From an uncultured delta proteobacterium (GTDB lineage: Bacteria > Desulfobacterota > DSM-4660 > Desulfatiglandales > HGW-15): a stretch of DNA of 55,739 bases. The position numbers were made by a program, and so were the translations under genes. This document shows positions 32,117 to 43,394 of the stretch, in pieces. The notes beneath the pieces are model-generated. The model was given only the letters and a program-made list of their open reading frames with translations, was not told the DNA's origin and made no database searches. The stretch spans positions 1-55,739 of the forward strand of contig CAVZMS010000055.1 of NCBI GenBank assembly GCA_963776085.1. The letters are read 5' to 3'. How positions within the stretch are numbered: the first letter of the stretch is position 1; each line of letters begins with the position of its first letter.

Positions 32117-32240
32117 TCATTTATTATAATATTTTATAATTTATTTATACTATATTGATTTTTTTCCAAACTGTATCACTTTACCTTCCATACGTTACTC
32201 AACAACTTCAGGACTTTTGAGCATAACATGTATTGATCCA

Positions 32241-32484
32241 TTTCATAAATTCTGTGACGTTTTTTAATTAAACAAAGTTCGGTTGATATTAACTTCTGGA
32301 TTCCCCGGTCAACCCTTCGATATCACTCAGGGCCGTGAGTGGGTCGAACGGATAGGGGAATGACGATTATTTGGATCTCTCTATCATACTGACGAACCGA
32401 CGTCGCATCGAAGCGGCGCTATGTAGCGTCGCGAAGGCGGAGGCCGGAATCCAGTTCATAAAATGCGTTATGATATTTATGGAA
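32241..32484. repeat. Composite palindromic REP/MITE-like element
   Basis: Ends TTTCATAAAT / ATTTATGGAA; contains CTGGATTCC..GGAATGAC, CCCTTCGA..CTCAGGGCCGTGAG..TCGAACGG and GCCGGAATCCAG, motifs partly shared with the elements at 5508 and 45219. Confidence 0.55.
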
Positions 32485-32533
32485 CGATGTGATATATACA
32501 GCCGAATATAAGGAGATCAGGGAAAAACAGGGA

Positions 32534-32563
32534 TTGACATCCAAGTATGTTTTTACCTATCAT
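32534..32563 (+). promoter_or_regulatory. Sigma70-type promoter for tRNA-Thr
   Basis: TTGACA-N18-TATCAT about 45 nt upstream of the tRNA. Confidence 0.5.
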
Positions 32564-32607
32564 GCAAGAACGATTCAGCAGATTCATAGACCTGCTTATT
32601 TAAAAAA

Positions 32608-32683
32608 GCCACCGTAGCTCAGTTGGTAGAGCACCTCACTCGTAATGAGGATGTCTGCGGTTCGATTCCGCACGGTGGCTCCA
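32608..32683 (+). tRNA. tRNA-Thr (anticodon CGT)
   Basis: 76 nt; acceptor stem GCCACCG/CGGTGGC, D arm GCTC..GAGC, anticodon arm CCTCA-CTCGTAA-TGAGG, GGTTCGATTCC T arm, encoded CCA. Confidence 0.97.
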
Positions 32684-32838
32684 GTTTATGCAGAAAAAAA
32701 GATTAGAAAAAACAGGATTTGTTACGTATAGCAGCCATTAAGCTTCATATAGAAACTATCCTGCTGTGTATTGTAGATGCCGCCAACCTTCACGCCTGCA
32801 CCTTCAGAAAACTCGTTGATCTTAGCACTTTCTGCTGA

Positions 32839-33225
32839 TTATTTCGGGCATCCTGAAAGGAATTCATCTATCCTGTAACGCTTGACATACTTAAATATCG
32901 TGGATTCCAATTTGTAAGTCTTATCTTTGCATGGTGTCTCAATGGTAGTCTCATATATCACTGACCCATCCTCCCCTTTTGGAATAGTAGCTTTCAGTTC
33001 CTTGCAGGCTATGGGCTTCTTATCTTCCATGATCTTGAAGATGATAGTTGTATTGTTGCGGTCGAAGTCTTTATAATTGATGACGTTGTATTTAATAAGA
33101 ATCTTATTATCCTCCTGGCATTCACTGCCTTTGACAACTAATTCGAGATCCTTTGCGTAGGAAAGAGTGAATAAAAAACAACAAGAAAAAATAACCGTAT
33201 TTATAATAAGGATAATTTTTTTCAT
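32839..33225 (-). CDS. Small exported hypothetical protein
   Basis: GGAGG RBS; signal peptide MKKIILIINTVIFSCCFLFTLSYA; beta-rich mature part with four Cys. Confidence 0.75.
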   Translation of the reverse strand: MKKIILIINTVIFSCCFLFTLSYAKDLELVVKGSECQEDNKILIKYNVINYKDFDRNNTTIIFKIMEDKKPIACKELKATIPKGEDGSVIYETTIETPCKDKTYKLESTIFKYVKRYRIDEFLSGCPK

Positions 33226-33384
33226 GATTACCTCCTGCCGGTGATATAGCCCCAGCTATTTCATATATGAATCCATCATTTAAGCCTGATCATATTGAAG
33301 ATGATTTTATCAAAGCAAAAATGCTTATGTCAATTCAATTTCCCGCAACCCTGAACGACTGCGAGGACTAACTGCCGGATATAT

Positions 33385-33999
33385 TTATACAATGAGATCT
33401 GTACAGGGGAGGGCCGGAAGGAAGGATTTATCAGGGTTCATCCAGTAAAGATGTTCAAGTGCCCCTTTAAGCGCCTGATTGATGGGGAGTATACGAAATC
33501 CCATACTGGGATTGATCGAGGCTATTCGCATGAAGGCCTCTTGATACACAGGGACTTTCATCCCTTCGGAAACAGATATTTCAGCCCTTTTCACTCTATC
33601 CGGATCAATATTTTTTATGATTCTACAGGGAGAAAATTCGGGTTTATTAAACTTGTTTTTCCGTGAAGCATAGCCGAAGAGCCGGCATAAAAGAGGCCTG
33701 AACTCATAGTAACCACATGGCCCTTTTCCCTCTTGCGGCGGTTCGGATAATAGGACTGCGCACCTGGAGTCCTGATGTTCTTCCTTTTCCTGGATGGATG
33801 TCAACACTTCCTCTTCCTGTCGCCTTGAATAGATTTCCAGCGCGAGCGGAAGTACTTCAAGAATGCTGGCTTCAACCCACCATTCCATGCAACAGATTCC
33901 GCACCCATCCGGGCAGTATATGCCGGTTGCGGCCTGAAAGCGGGCGATCGTCTCGTCCAATCTCTTGTAACCGTCAATAACCTTGCTAATAGTATCCAT
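33385..33999 (-). CDS. YkgJ-family (CxxCxxCC) Zn/Fe-chelating protein
   Basis: CPDGCGICC..CAVL..CGYYEFRPLLCRLFG. Confidence 0.85.
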   Translation of the reverse strand: MDTISKVIDGYKRLDETIARFQAATGIYCPDGCGICCMEWWVEASILEVLPLALEIYSRRQEEEVLTSIQEKEEHQDSRCAVLLSEPPQEGKGPCGYYEFRPLLCRLFGYASRKNKFNKPEFSPCRIIKNIDPDRVKRAEISVSEGMKVPVYQEAFMRIASINPSMGFRILPINQALKGALEHLYWMNPDKSFLPALPCTDLIV

Positions 34000-34086
34000 A
34001 ATGAGTCACCCCTGAGACCCTGCGATGGAGGTTAGAAGAAAAATGCAGGGAGGCATGTCGTGACTCCTGATAGCTTAGCGTAATAT

Positions 34087-35905
34087 CTACTTAAAGGAAT
34101 CGATATCAAATTGAGATATATGTTGTTTTATCTTTTTCCTTTTGGATGATTCACCAATTATTACCCACAGCCCTTCTCTATTATCGATCTTATCTTTAAT
34201 TTTATCGAGCCCCTGTTTTGTTATCCCTTTGCCGTCCTCGCTGTTTTTCATCTGATCTAATTCCATCAGAAAAAATATTTCAGCCCTGCATTCCACGGGC
34301 AACGCCAATACACCCGTTATCTGATTTTTTCCGCCCTGTCCGATTTTTTTAATCTGTGTTCTGAATATTTTCGAGAAGGTATTCCAGGATGATGTGTAGT
34401 TTTTATCGTCAAAATCCTTCAATGCCAATAGACTCATGGCGTCACGATCATATTTTTCTTCAGGCTGTTCAGTCTCGCCTGCTATTTCAACCGCAGATTC
34501 TTTTGAGGGTTCTTCAAGTGCTTTTGTTTCCCCTTCCTGCGCAGCCAGTTCCTTCAGCCTTGCCTCTTCCTTGGCCGCTGCCTCCTGCGCAGCAGTTCCT
34601 TCAGCCTTGCCTCTTCTTTAGCTGCCTCTTCCTTCAGCCGAGCCTCTTCCTTAATCTTGCCTCTTCTTTCAGCCTTGCCTCTTCCTTTAGCCGAGCCTCT
34701 TCTTTCAGTCTTGCCTCTTCTTTAGCTGAGCCTCTTCCTTCATCCTTGCCTCTGCCAATAAGGCCTTTTTCTTTTGATATATATCAATCTTCTGAGTGAC
34801 CAGAGACAAGACATTAATCTTATCAGGCAGGGACTTTGCCTTTTGCTCGGCATTCTTATAAAGTGTTAATGCATTATTAAAAACTTCTTCTGTCTCCGGT
34901 GTCTGAGCGCCTAACCTGTCGCCTTCCTCGATATCATTGAAAAAGGCCGTAAGCGTTTTCACATTCCCCAACCGATTCTGGTCCAGGTTTTCCTCAAGCA
35001 ATTGCCTGTTATCATACAGGAGTTTTTTTGCGCCTTCATATCCTTCAGGGTTTAGGGCGGCGATAATCCGGTCATATGTCTCACCGGCAAGGCGTTCCTG
35101 CTGTAGACTCTTTTAAGGTTATTTCATCTCGGATAACATCAGATGCCTCTGACTCAATCAGGACATTACCCCGCTTATAGACGGCCTTAACAAAATAGCT
35201 GTCCACTTTTCCTTTTTCTCTGGGCACATCTGCGACGGTTCCTTCCACCGTATCAAAAGGTTCTCCGTTCCGGAAAACTTTGTATCTATAAGGCCTTTCT
35301 TCAGTTGAAGCCTCGCTCCATCCCACGATGTTTTTATCATCTTTACGCTTTACATAGAGGTTAGTTGGAGAGGCGAGCAGAAAGTCGATCTTGATCTTAT
35401 AGACCCTTTCATCCAAGGTGTATATGACGGAGGTATATTTACCTATATCTGATTCGGTGATCTTGTATTTGCTGCTTTTTTCAGTGGGAATTCGATCAAT
35501 GCCGAGATAGTAATCCATGAATTTATCGGTCTCCGGCAGCCAGACCCTGAGCCTGTCTTTACTTATTTCTTTTATAATCCCAAAAGTCTCTTTGTATTCC
35601 GGAACAGCGGCAACGTCCTTTTTCCGGGCATTCGGATCAAAGACCTGTTTTAATATGATAACATTTCTTATCTCTTTTTTTTCAGAGGCATCGGATTCGG
35701 CAAGTTTCTTGAACAGAAGTTTGAGGGGATAATCCTTGTAAATACTCTGATCTGCCGCGAAATCCTCTTTTGTTACAAAATCGATCGAATATGCAGGAGT
35801 GTTAACTATGCATATAAGAAATGAAACCGTCAAGATAAAGGCATATTGAAGAATTGAACGGCTTCTCCCAATAATCTCTTTTGTGAACTTTTTTTTCGTT
35901 ACCAA
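34087..35905 (-). CDS. Exported or membrane-anchored protein: N-terminal hydrophobic segment, Fn3-like domain, helical region, KEEARL repeat stalk, C-terminal helical domain (several indels)
   Basis: ORFs 35081-35905, 34705-35001 and 34087-34437 are joined by coding-like sequence (..EQPEEKYDRDA-MSLLA is continuous). Fn3-like PTNLYV..VGWS..YKVFRNG..YFVKAV..ESEASD. Confidence 0.65.
34530..34755 (-). repeat. Coding 18-bp tandem repeat (about 9-10 units) encoding KEEARL
   Basis: Consensus AAG GAA GAG GCA AGG CTG with synonymous variants, ending in two longer EEARLKELAAQE units. Confidence 0.85.
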
Positions 35906-35938
35906 GGTAGTGCCTCTCTTTTTTAGAATTTATAAGAT

Positions 35939-36754
35939 TTAAACATGCAAACCATGGGGCGATGGCCCCTTTTTCTTCAGAGAAATCTCCTTTTCGATGT
36001 TAAGCGTCTGTCTGATGAAAAAGTTATGGGGTGAGCTGTTTTTAAATATCTCAATCTCTTGGGATTCAATATAAGGAGATTTTCCTTTCCAGGAACGTTT
36101 CATGGTTACACTTAAGGTCCCGTGATATTGGAAATCTTCGTCCTTGCTTATTACATTGTCAAGCCAATGATCGATGAAGAAGATAATACGGAGCCCTTTT
36201 CTATGGGCCTTATCCAATGTCATCCAAAAGTAATGACGCCTTTCCGCGTCCATATTAGTAAGAGGTTCATCAAGAAACCATACCGGCTTTTTATCATCCA
36301 ATACTATATCCATTAATATCTTTTGCTGCTGACCCCCTGATAAAAGATCAGGGGACTCCACTGATGAAAAGGATTCCTCTTTGTCTTTTTCACTACCGTT
36401 TAAGATAATATAGTTATCGCGCGTTGAAATGGGAAGAAAAAAGGCCTTCTGAGGGAAGATACAAAAACTCTTTTCCCTTATTTCGGAGGCCCTCACATAA
36501 TTGAAATTATCCCCGTTATATGCCTCTCCGTTAAAACAGATGGAACCCTTATTTGTTGCCTTTTTCCCAATATTGCCGGCGATTAAGGCAAGTATATTGA
36601 GGAAGGTTGTTTTGCCTGACCCATTATCTCCGCACAGGTAGTAGATCCCTTCTTCAAATTCAAGACTATCGCTTTTAGCAGACGCAAATTCAATACTGAA
36701 TAAGTCGTCATTATCCAGGATCAGGGGAAATGTTATCTTAAAATGGCTTTCCAT
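35939..36754 (-). CDS. Atypical ABC ATPase
   Basis: Walker A GDNGSGKT, Q-loop IFPQ, signature LSGGQQQK, Walker B WFLDEP, H-switch FIDH; GGAG RBS before ATG 36754. Confidence 0.85.
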   Translation of the reverse strand: MESHFKITFPLILDNDDLFSIEFASAKSDSLEFEEGIYYLCGDNGSGKTTFLNILALIAGNIGKKATNKGSICFNGEAYNGDNFNYVRASEIREKSFCIFPQKAFFLPISTRDNYIILNGSEKDKEESFSSVESPDLLSGGQQQKILMDIVLDDKKPVWFLDEPLTNMDAERRHYFWMTLDKAHRKGLRIIFFIDHWLDNVISKDEDFQYHGTLSVTMKRSWKGKSPYIESQEIEIFKNSSPHNFFIRQTLNIEKEISLKKKGPSPHGLHV

Positions 36755-36758
36755 CCGT

Positions 36759-38290
36759 TTATCTCCCTTTATGAAGGGCATAAAGGTTAAGCTTATCACC
36801 GGTAAACTGGCTGAAACACCAACGATTAACGGGGTAGAACAGTATGGAAGCAATGATAAACGTTATTGAAAGTGGGAAGACAAGATAAGTGGATGTATCG
36901 TAACCTAGGGACAGAAGGTAAATTAAATAGCCGGTCAATATTCCGCCTTTCACTATAAGCATCAGAAAAACAGGCAGCAACCAGAAGATGAATAATAACT
37001 CCCTTATCCTGTTTTTGAACATTAACAGAAAGGAGATCTCTGTCTTTAAATGGATAAAAGCGAAAAGGGATATCATAAAAGGAAAAGCGATACCTATGGA
37101 CATGTCGGTTAAATAAAAAAAGATATGATTGGAATATATATCGTCATTTATTTTTTTAACCTTGTCTTCTATGATATGCGACTTTTCATAGGAGAACATA
37201 TAATTTCCTTTAAAATGCAGCTTTTTTATATAGTCCATAAAATCGGTTCGCAGATCGATATCCTCATATAACAGCCAATTCCATTTAGGCTTTAATAAGT
37301 TCGGGGCATATATTGGGATATATCTTGGGTATATATCCATGTCATTGTATAGGAGTTTATCCTTGTATTGAGCCGGGATATCCGTATATGATGCGATGGT
37401 TTCAATACTATTGTCCCCTCATACCTTACGGATTCCCCCAAGTCCATGATATCGGTGGTGTTATCGTCCCTTATATGCGTGAGTATGTATAGAAAATTCA
37501 TGGGAATAACGCTTTCCACGCGGCTCAGGTATGTATTAGGCTCATAGTTTTCTTCCAAAGAAATCCTTTTAATATTATCAATAATAGTCTTTTTTACGGA
37601 ATTATATACCTCCAGTCTTTTGCCGCTCAAGCCCTCCCTTATCATATCGGCAATATCTATAAGGTCTTGCCTCAGGGTCTTATGTCTGGACCCTTACAAT
37701 ATCATCGCTTAACCATGCACCGTTATGATCAAAATAATTATCCCTGAGTTTAATCTCATAGTCCATATCGCGTGTCTTAAAAAACAGTGTCCCACCAACC
37801 TTTTTGATATTGAATAGGTCATACAAAAGATCAAGCGCCCTGTTATCATCATCGAGCCGGCCAGCGGAAAATGGGTAAAAATGAATATACAGATTGTTTT
37901 GATATATAAATGCGCCCTTAACGATTTCGGAACCGTAATCCGATAATCTTTTCTCATGCTGGAAAAGAAAACGGGCGCAGTCGGCAGTTGTCCGCGTTCG
38001 AAGAAAAAATACCTTAAATGCCTTCTCGTTTAGGATATCTCTTTTTTGGATCTCCGTTTTATGAAACCTCATGACATAGCTATAGGTGTTGAAACCCATC
38101 ATCAACATGAAGGCTACGACAAGAAAAATAAATCTCTTCCTTGTGGTCTTCCTGAATAACATCTTCAGGCAGACGATCAGTAATTTCCGGAAATCCTTGA
38201 AGAACAGCACTGAAATCCCTGAGCACATCTGGAATAATGATATTGCCAGAGGGCTGAAAACAACAAATAGAGTTTATTGGATCTGATCAT
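36759..38290 (-). CDS. Membrane protein with FtsX/MacB-like topology (1 TM, large extracytoplasmic region, 3 TM); probable ABC permease split by indels
   Basis: ORFs 37680-38228 (FIFLVVAFMLMMGF TM), 37292-37645 and 36759-37340 (three hydrophobic segments) abut or overlap; stop lies 4 nt before the ABC ATPase start. Start position uncertain. Confidence 0.6.
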
Positions 38291-39156
38291 AGGACCAGAA
38301 GGTTACCTCCATATCCTTGCCTAACCCGATCTCGTATGCGTATTTCATTAATTCTTTTGAAAATTTATTGCCGAACCTGGATATAATGATTACACGGTCG
38401 GCAAATTTTATTCCAAAGCGGGATTTTATATTGTCAAGGATCTTTTGATAATACTCCAATGAGCCGTCTTCCAGCGAAAGTCCCATCTTATCGGTATCCA
38501 ATTCGGCTACGTCTTTATATGTTTTAAAATAGTAGCTGTTATAGCCACCTGATTCGTAGTAGTAAAAATAGTGATTAGCATCGGATTTCTTCAACAGACC
38601 CTTGATGTTTCCATAGTGTTTTCTCAGATCGACATCAAGACTGTTGAAATCGAAAAACAAGAAATTTTTTTGACCGCTGCCTGTACCGGCCTCTTTGAGC
38701 ATTTGGACTAGCGACGCCAAGCCGTCGATAATCAATGTAGGATAATAAGCAGCTGTTGTCGAGTTTGACCTCTATCGAACCTTCCTTTATTCGATAGTCA
38801 ATATTCTGGCTTTGTTTATTATACGTAAATTCTATTTGAAAATTTCCTTTGTAATTATTTTTTATAATGAGTTGAAGATCATAATTGCGCAGAAATGAAG
38901 GAGGGTCGGCCACCAATTCCCAGTAACCTAAATCCCCTAGAGATATAGACTCCTCTTTGGCGTCCTCTATCAGGGCAAGATAATTGTAGCCTGCGGTTGT
39001 CCCCGTAATGCCGATTCTAAAGGCGCTGTTTTTATCGTTATTCAGGTATATCTGTCTTCCTGTAAACAGCGTTTCGGCCTTAATATCGGCAGCAGATGTT
39101 AAGAACACAAGAAACAAAAAGAATGACCAGCTTTTATATTTGTTAGATAATTTCAT
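38274..39156 (-). CDS. Exported hypothetical protein (one frameshift near 38730)
   Basis: Signal peptide MKLSNKYKSWSFFLFLVFLTSAADIKA; overlapping ORFs 38635-39156 and 38274-38735. Confidence 0.65.
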
Positions 39157-39210
39157 GTCCAGTCTTCCCTTTTAGATTTTTAATATTTTTAATACTTAAA
39201 CCCTCCCATT

Positions 39211-41533
39211 TTACTTCTTTGATCTATACAGCTCATTGACCTTCATATACATGAACTTACGTTGAACGGCCTGGTTGAACGAATTGAGATGGAATTCCCG
39301 TTCTGCGAGATATTCACCCAGCGGGCCGCTCTCTTCTCCCAGGGCCTCATTCCAGGTTGTGTCCTCCTTGGGCTCTCTCCTTGTCAGGGCCTTGTAAAAT
39401 ACATCGTCGGCGGATTCGGAGGTCTTCTTTTCTATCAGGGGTTTTATATGGTCGTACAGCATCCTGCATCTTTCAATATCATCCACGCTTACCAGTGAGT
39501 TTATTATGACCAGCTTCTTGAGATCCGATAACGAGACATCGTCCTGATTCCTTATGGCCCTTAAAAAGGATTCAACCGGCTTCGAAGGGATGGCTATCCT
39601 CTCTTCCCAGAACAAGGGATTATCAATGGATTTTATGTGCTTGATGACATGGTTTAATACCTGAATCCTCCGGTCGCTCCAGTTGCGCATCTCGGTCAAT
39701 AACCTCTCGTCTGAAAAGTATAATATAACATCCCTCGGAAGCTCCCCAGCACCTGAGTCGGTAAAGATATGATCCATGTATCTCTGAATAGCGTCTAAAA
39801 GAACCTTGTGCTGGGCGGAAAAATCCTTCTGACGCCCCTCCTCGGATAACAGCCCTTTGGTATTGAACTCAAATTCCCTGAAAATCGTATCACCACCTTC
39901 GGGATTAGCCGCCTCATAACTCGATATAAGATTTGTCAGATCCTTATACGCCCCCTCAGGACTGTCATCCATGTTGACGCCCCCCACCCTCACACCGGAA
40001 TCTGCTCGGATGGATAAGATAGACCTTAAGATTAAGATCCTTCGCCCTCTTAACCGTCATGGAAAAGGCATCATCCGTCAGGTCGTTGGCCCCCGCATCC
40101 GTAATGATGAATAACAGCTTCTCCTGCAGGGGCAGAATAACCTTCTCCTCCTGTAATTTCTCAATCTCATCAAGCGCCTTACTAAAGGCCCTCATCAGCG
40201 GCTCATCATAATTCCTGTCCTTGGACCTCTCCCCAAAACTGAGATCCTCAACCCTCTTCACCCTCGTAAAATCAGGCTCAGCCTTAATATCCACGTCACT
40301 CCCGGAAGAGTCCCGGTAGGCGTATATACGGTTCGTCCTCAGGGCTACACCGGACTCCTCCATCTCACTCACAGCCCTGTTAAAGGATTTAACATAGTCC
40401 GCAAACGGCTTCATGCTCTCGGAAACATCCAGCAAGAAAAAGGTGTTCAGGTTCCCTTTCATGGATTGGTTCAGAAGCCTCATAAGACGCGGCGTAAAGG
40501 CGCCGGGGATAAAAACCTTCACTGAGTCGCCTCCGTCAGTATATTCAGGGTCCCCTAGCTGCGGAAAACCAAAATGGGTATAAAACCTGTGCAGGTTCTC
40601 CTGGTCAAGCTTCTCCACTATGTCACTGAACAGCCTCTCCTTTAAATAGGCATGCCCTACATAAAACCTGTTGATCTCATCCGTCTCCGCGGATACGGCA
40701 CCACCCCCTTTATCATTAAAAAATTGAGCCTCCTTCATGGGATGATAATAGAGCCTCGATCTCCATAACGTGATATAGTCCCTGTCCACCCATCCGATTA
40801 TCCCAAAATCCTCTATGTTGTCCCTGTAATCAAATTCGTAAAAATCCTTGGCCAGAAGATAATAGCCGTCTTTATAATCAAGCACCTTGTAAAAATCATA
40901 GTCCACAAGACTCTCAGGAGGCGTGGCCGTGTCCTTCTTGTGCGCCTCCCACCCGTCCCAGATCGTCGGAAATTCCTTGGCTTCCCCGGGCAGACTCAGA
41001 AAACCATACACGGGTATATATGCCCTCTCTTTGTCCAAAAGGGCGTTGTACCATATGAACCCCTTCTCAAAATCAGGGACATTGATCGTAAATCCCCTCT
41101 TGTCCCTCTGCCTCATGATCTTGACCTCCTGCTTGTCCCAGTCTATCCCGGTTATGAAAAATACCTCCTGGAATCTGATCTCATCACGGGGAGACAGGCT
41201 CGCAAGATTACCCGCAGGAAAAGATGCCTTGGCATGGGTAATAAAAAATATCCCCTCGTTCGGGTCGTCACTGAAGCTGTATCCGTTTCCACCCCCGCTT
41301 CCGGTTGCCCGTTCCGAGGACTTAAGGTTTTCATCAAGCTCGTTATACAGACGCCTCAGCGTGTTCATAAAACCGTCGGTCTCAAATTGACCGTCTTCAT
41401 GAATCCCGGCAGGACACCTGATATTAACCCTCCGGTCTGCGTTAAAATCCGGCGATACACCATATGAGACGCTACAGGTAAATAAAAGAGCGCTGATCAA
41501 CAAAAAAAACAGGACCTTTTTATGATGGACCAC
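39211..41533 (-). CDS. Large exported von Willebrand factor A (vWA) domain protein (frameshift near 40000)
   Basis: GGAGG RBS and GTG start, signal peptide, MIDAS motif FFLLDVSESM, AYRD, LFIITDAGA; overlapping ORFs 39965-41533 and 39211-39993. Confidence 0.78.
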
Positions 41534-41945
41534 TATATCACCTCCTCGATTTTACGATCTTTATATCATGCTATTCTCCATCAGCGTTGAGATCCGCGTT
41601 GACATCTATGCTGATTCCATGACAAATTTGCCTCTGATAAGAATCCCAGGGACATATCGAAAATTTATGCAAAATATAAAACGGAATTGCTTATTTTCCA
41701 CGGAATTATAGAATCATAGAAAATATTGTCAAATAATGAATTAATAAGATATGTCAATCAATATCACGTCTTTTAATGCAGCGATGTCTAGTTGACAAAA
41801 TGAGTGCATTAGCAATTGACATATGATTTTGATTTACCTATACTTCCAAATTCTATATATAGATCACTTGGCTTATTGAAGCATCTGGAAGATGCGTCAA
41901 AATTGACAAACAGTCGGTTATAAAAAAATAAAAAAGGAGGAATCA

Positions 41946-43341
41946 ATGCGAACCCAAACAGTTTTTTTAAGTCCTGACGAAATGCCCCGCCAATGGTATA
42001 ATATCCTGGCAGATATTAAGATGAACCCGCCCCTTGGGCCTGACGGAAAGCCCATCGGTCCGGATGCCCTGTCCCCCGTGTTCCCGATGAATCTGATCGA
42101 ACAGGAGGTCAGCCATGAAAGATGGATCGACATCCCGGAAGAGATACTGGATGTCTATGCCATCTGGCGTCCCACTCCTCTTATACGAGCCCTGAGCTTG
42201 GAAAAGGCCTTGGAGACCCCGGCCCGTATCTATTTTAAAAATGAAAGTGTCAGTCCGCCTGGAAGTCACAAACCGAATACAGCGGTAGCACAGGCATATT
42301 ATAACAAGGTCTTCGGTATTAAAAGACTCACAACGGAAACCGGCGCCGGCCAATGGGGCAGCGCCCTTGCCTTTGCCTGTAGCCAGTTCGGTCTCGAGTG
42401 CAAGATCTTTATGGTGCGCGTCAGTTTTGACCAAAAACCGTATCGCAAAACCATGATGCAGACCTGGGGTGGAGTATGTATCCCCAGCCCAAGCCCGGAA
42501 ACCAACGCAGGAAGGGAAATTCTTAAAAAGGACCCCGGATACCCCGGGCAGCCTCGGCATCGCCATCAGCGAGGCCATCGAAGCGGCAGTCACCGACCAG
42601 AGCGGGAAGACCCGCTATTCCCTGGGCAGCGTCCTCAATCACGTCATGCTCCACCAGACCATTATCGGTCTGGAGGCCAAACTCCAGATGGAAAAGATCG
42701 GCGAATATCCCGATATAGTCATCGGCTGCGCTGGCGGCGGCAGTAATTTTGCTGGTCTGGCCTTTCCCTTTGTATATGACAAGATCAACGGCAAGCAGAT
42801 CGAGATATATCCGGTAGAACCGTCCGCATGTCCCACCATGACCAGGGCGCCATTTGTCTATGACCACGGCGATACGGCCCGTTACACACCTTTGCTGCCT
42901 ATGTACAGCCTGGGACACGCCTTTGTGCCGCCTCCGGTCCATGCCGGTGGGCTGCGCTACCACGGGATGTCCCCTACGGTCAGCCAGCTTATAGTGGAGG
43001 GCATTATTGAACCTAAAGCCGTCACCCAGTTGGATGCCTATGCTGCGGGCACGACCTTTGCCAGAACCGTAGGTCTCATCCCGGCCCCTGAAACCAACCA
43101 TGCGCTTGCCCAGGTCTTGGAAGAGGCGCGTAAGGCCAAAGAGGAAGGGAAAGAGAAGGTGATCCTCTTTAATTATAGCGGCCACGGCCTGCTGGATCTG
43201 GGATCATATGAAAAATATTTTGCCGATGAGCTTGAAAATTTCGATCTATCCGATAAGGAACTTGAGGCATCAGAGAAGGTCTTTGAGAAGTTCCCAAAAC
43301 CGGCAATACTGAAAAGTATTGATTTTAAAATAAATTTATAG
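41946..43341 (+). CDS. trpB2: Stand-alone tryptophan synthase beta chain, TrpB2 type (frameshift near 42535)
   Basis: WYNILAD, WRPTPL, GSHKPN (PLP lysine), [48 protein letters not shown]; no trpA adjacent. Confidence 0.93.
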
Positions 43342-43394
43342 AATAATGTCTTGAGAGACCTAACCTGAAATTGAGATACAAAGGAGGTTAAAAG

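Noticed and set aside
34530..34755. Tandem repeat as a CRISPR array
   Set aside because: 18-bp units abut with no unique spacers, vary at synonymous positions, and no cas genes are present.
32608..41533. Prophage or integrative element at tRNA-Thr
   Set aside because: No integrase, phage or conjugation genes, and no att duplication found in the window.
34087..41533. Type VI secretion system or Tol-Pal/TonB locus
   Set aside because: No tss core genes and no MotA/TolQ/ExbB or ExbD homologues; only motif-level resemblance.
41560..41940. trp attenuator, T-box or riboswitch upstream of trpB2
   Set aside because: No Trp-codon leader peptide or recognisable terminator/antiterminator; only AT-rich sequence with several TTGACA-like boxes.
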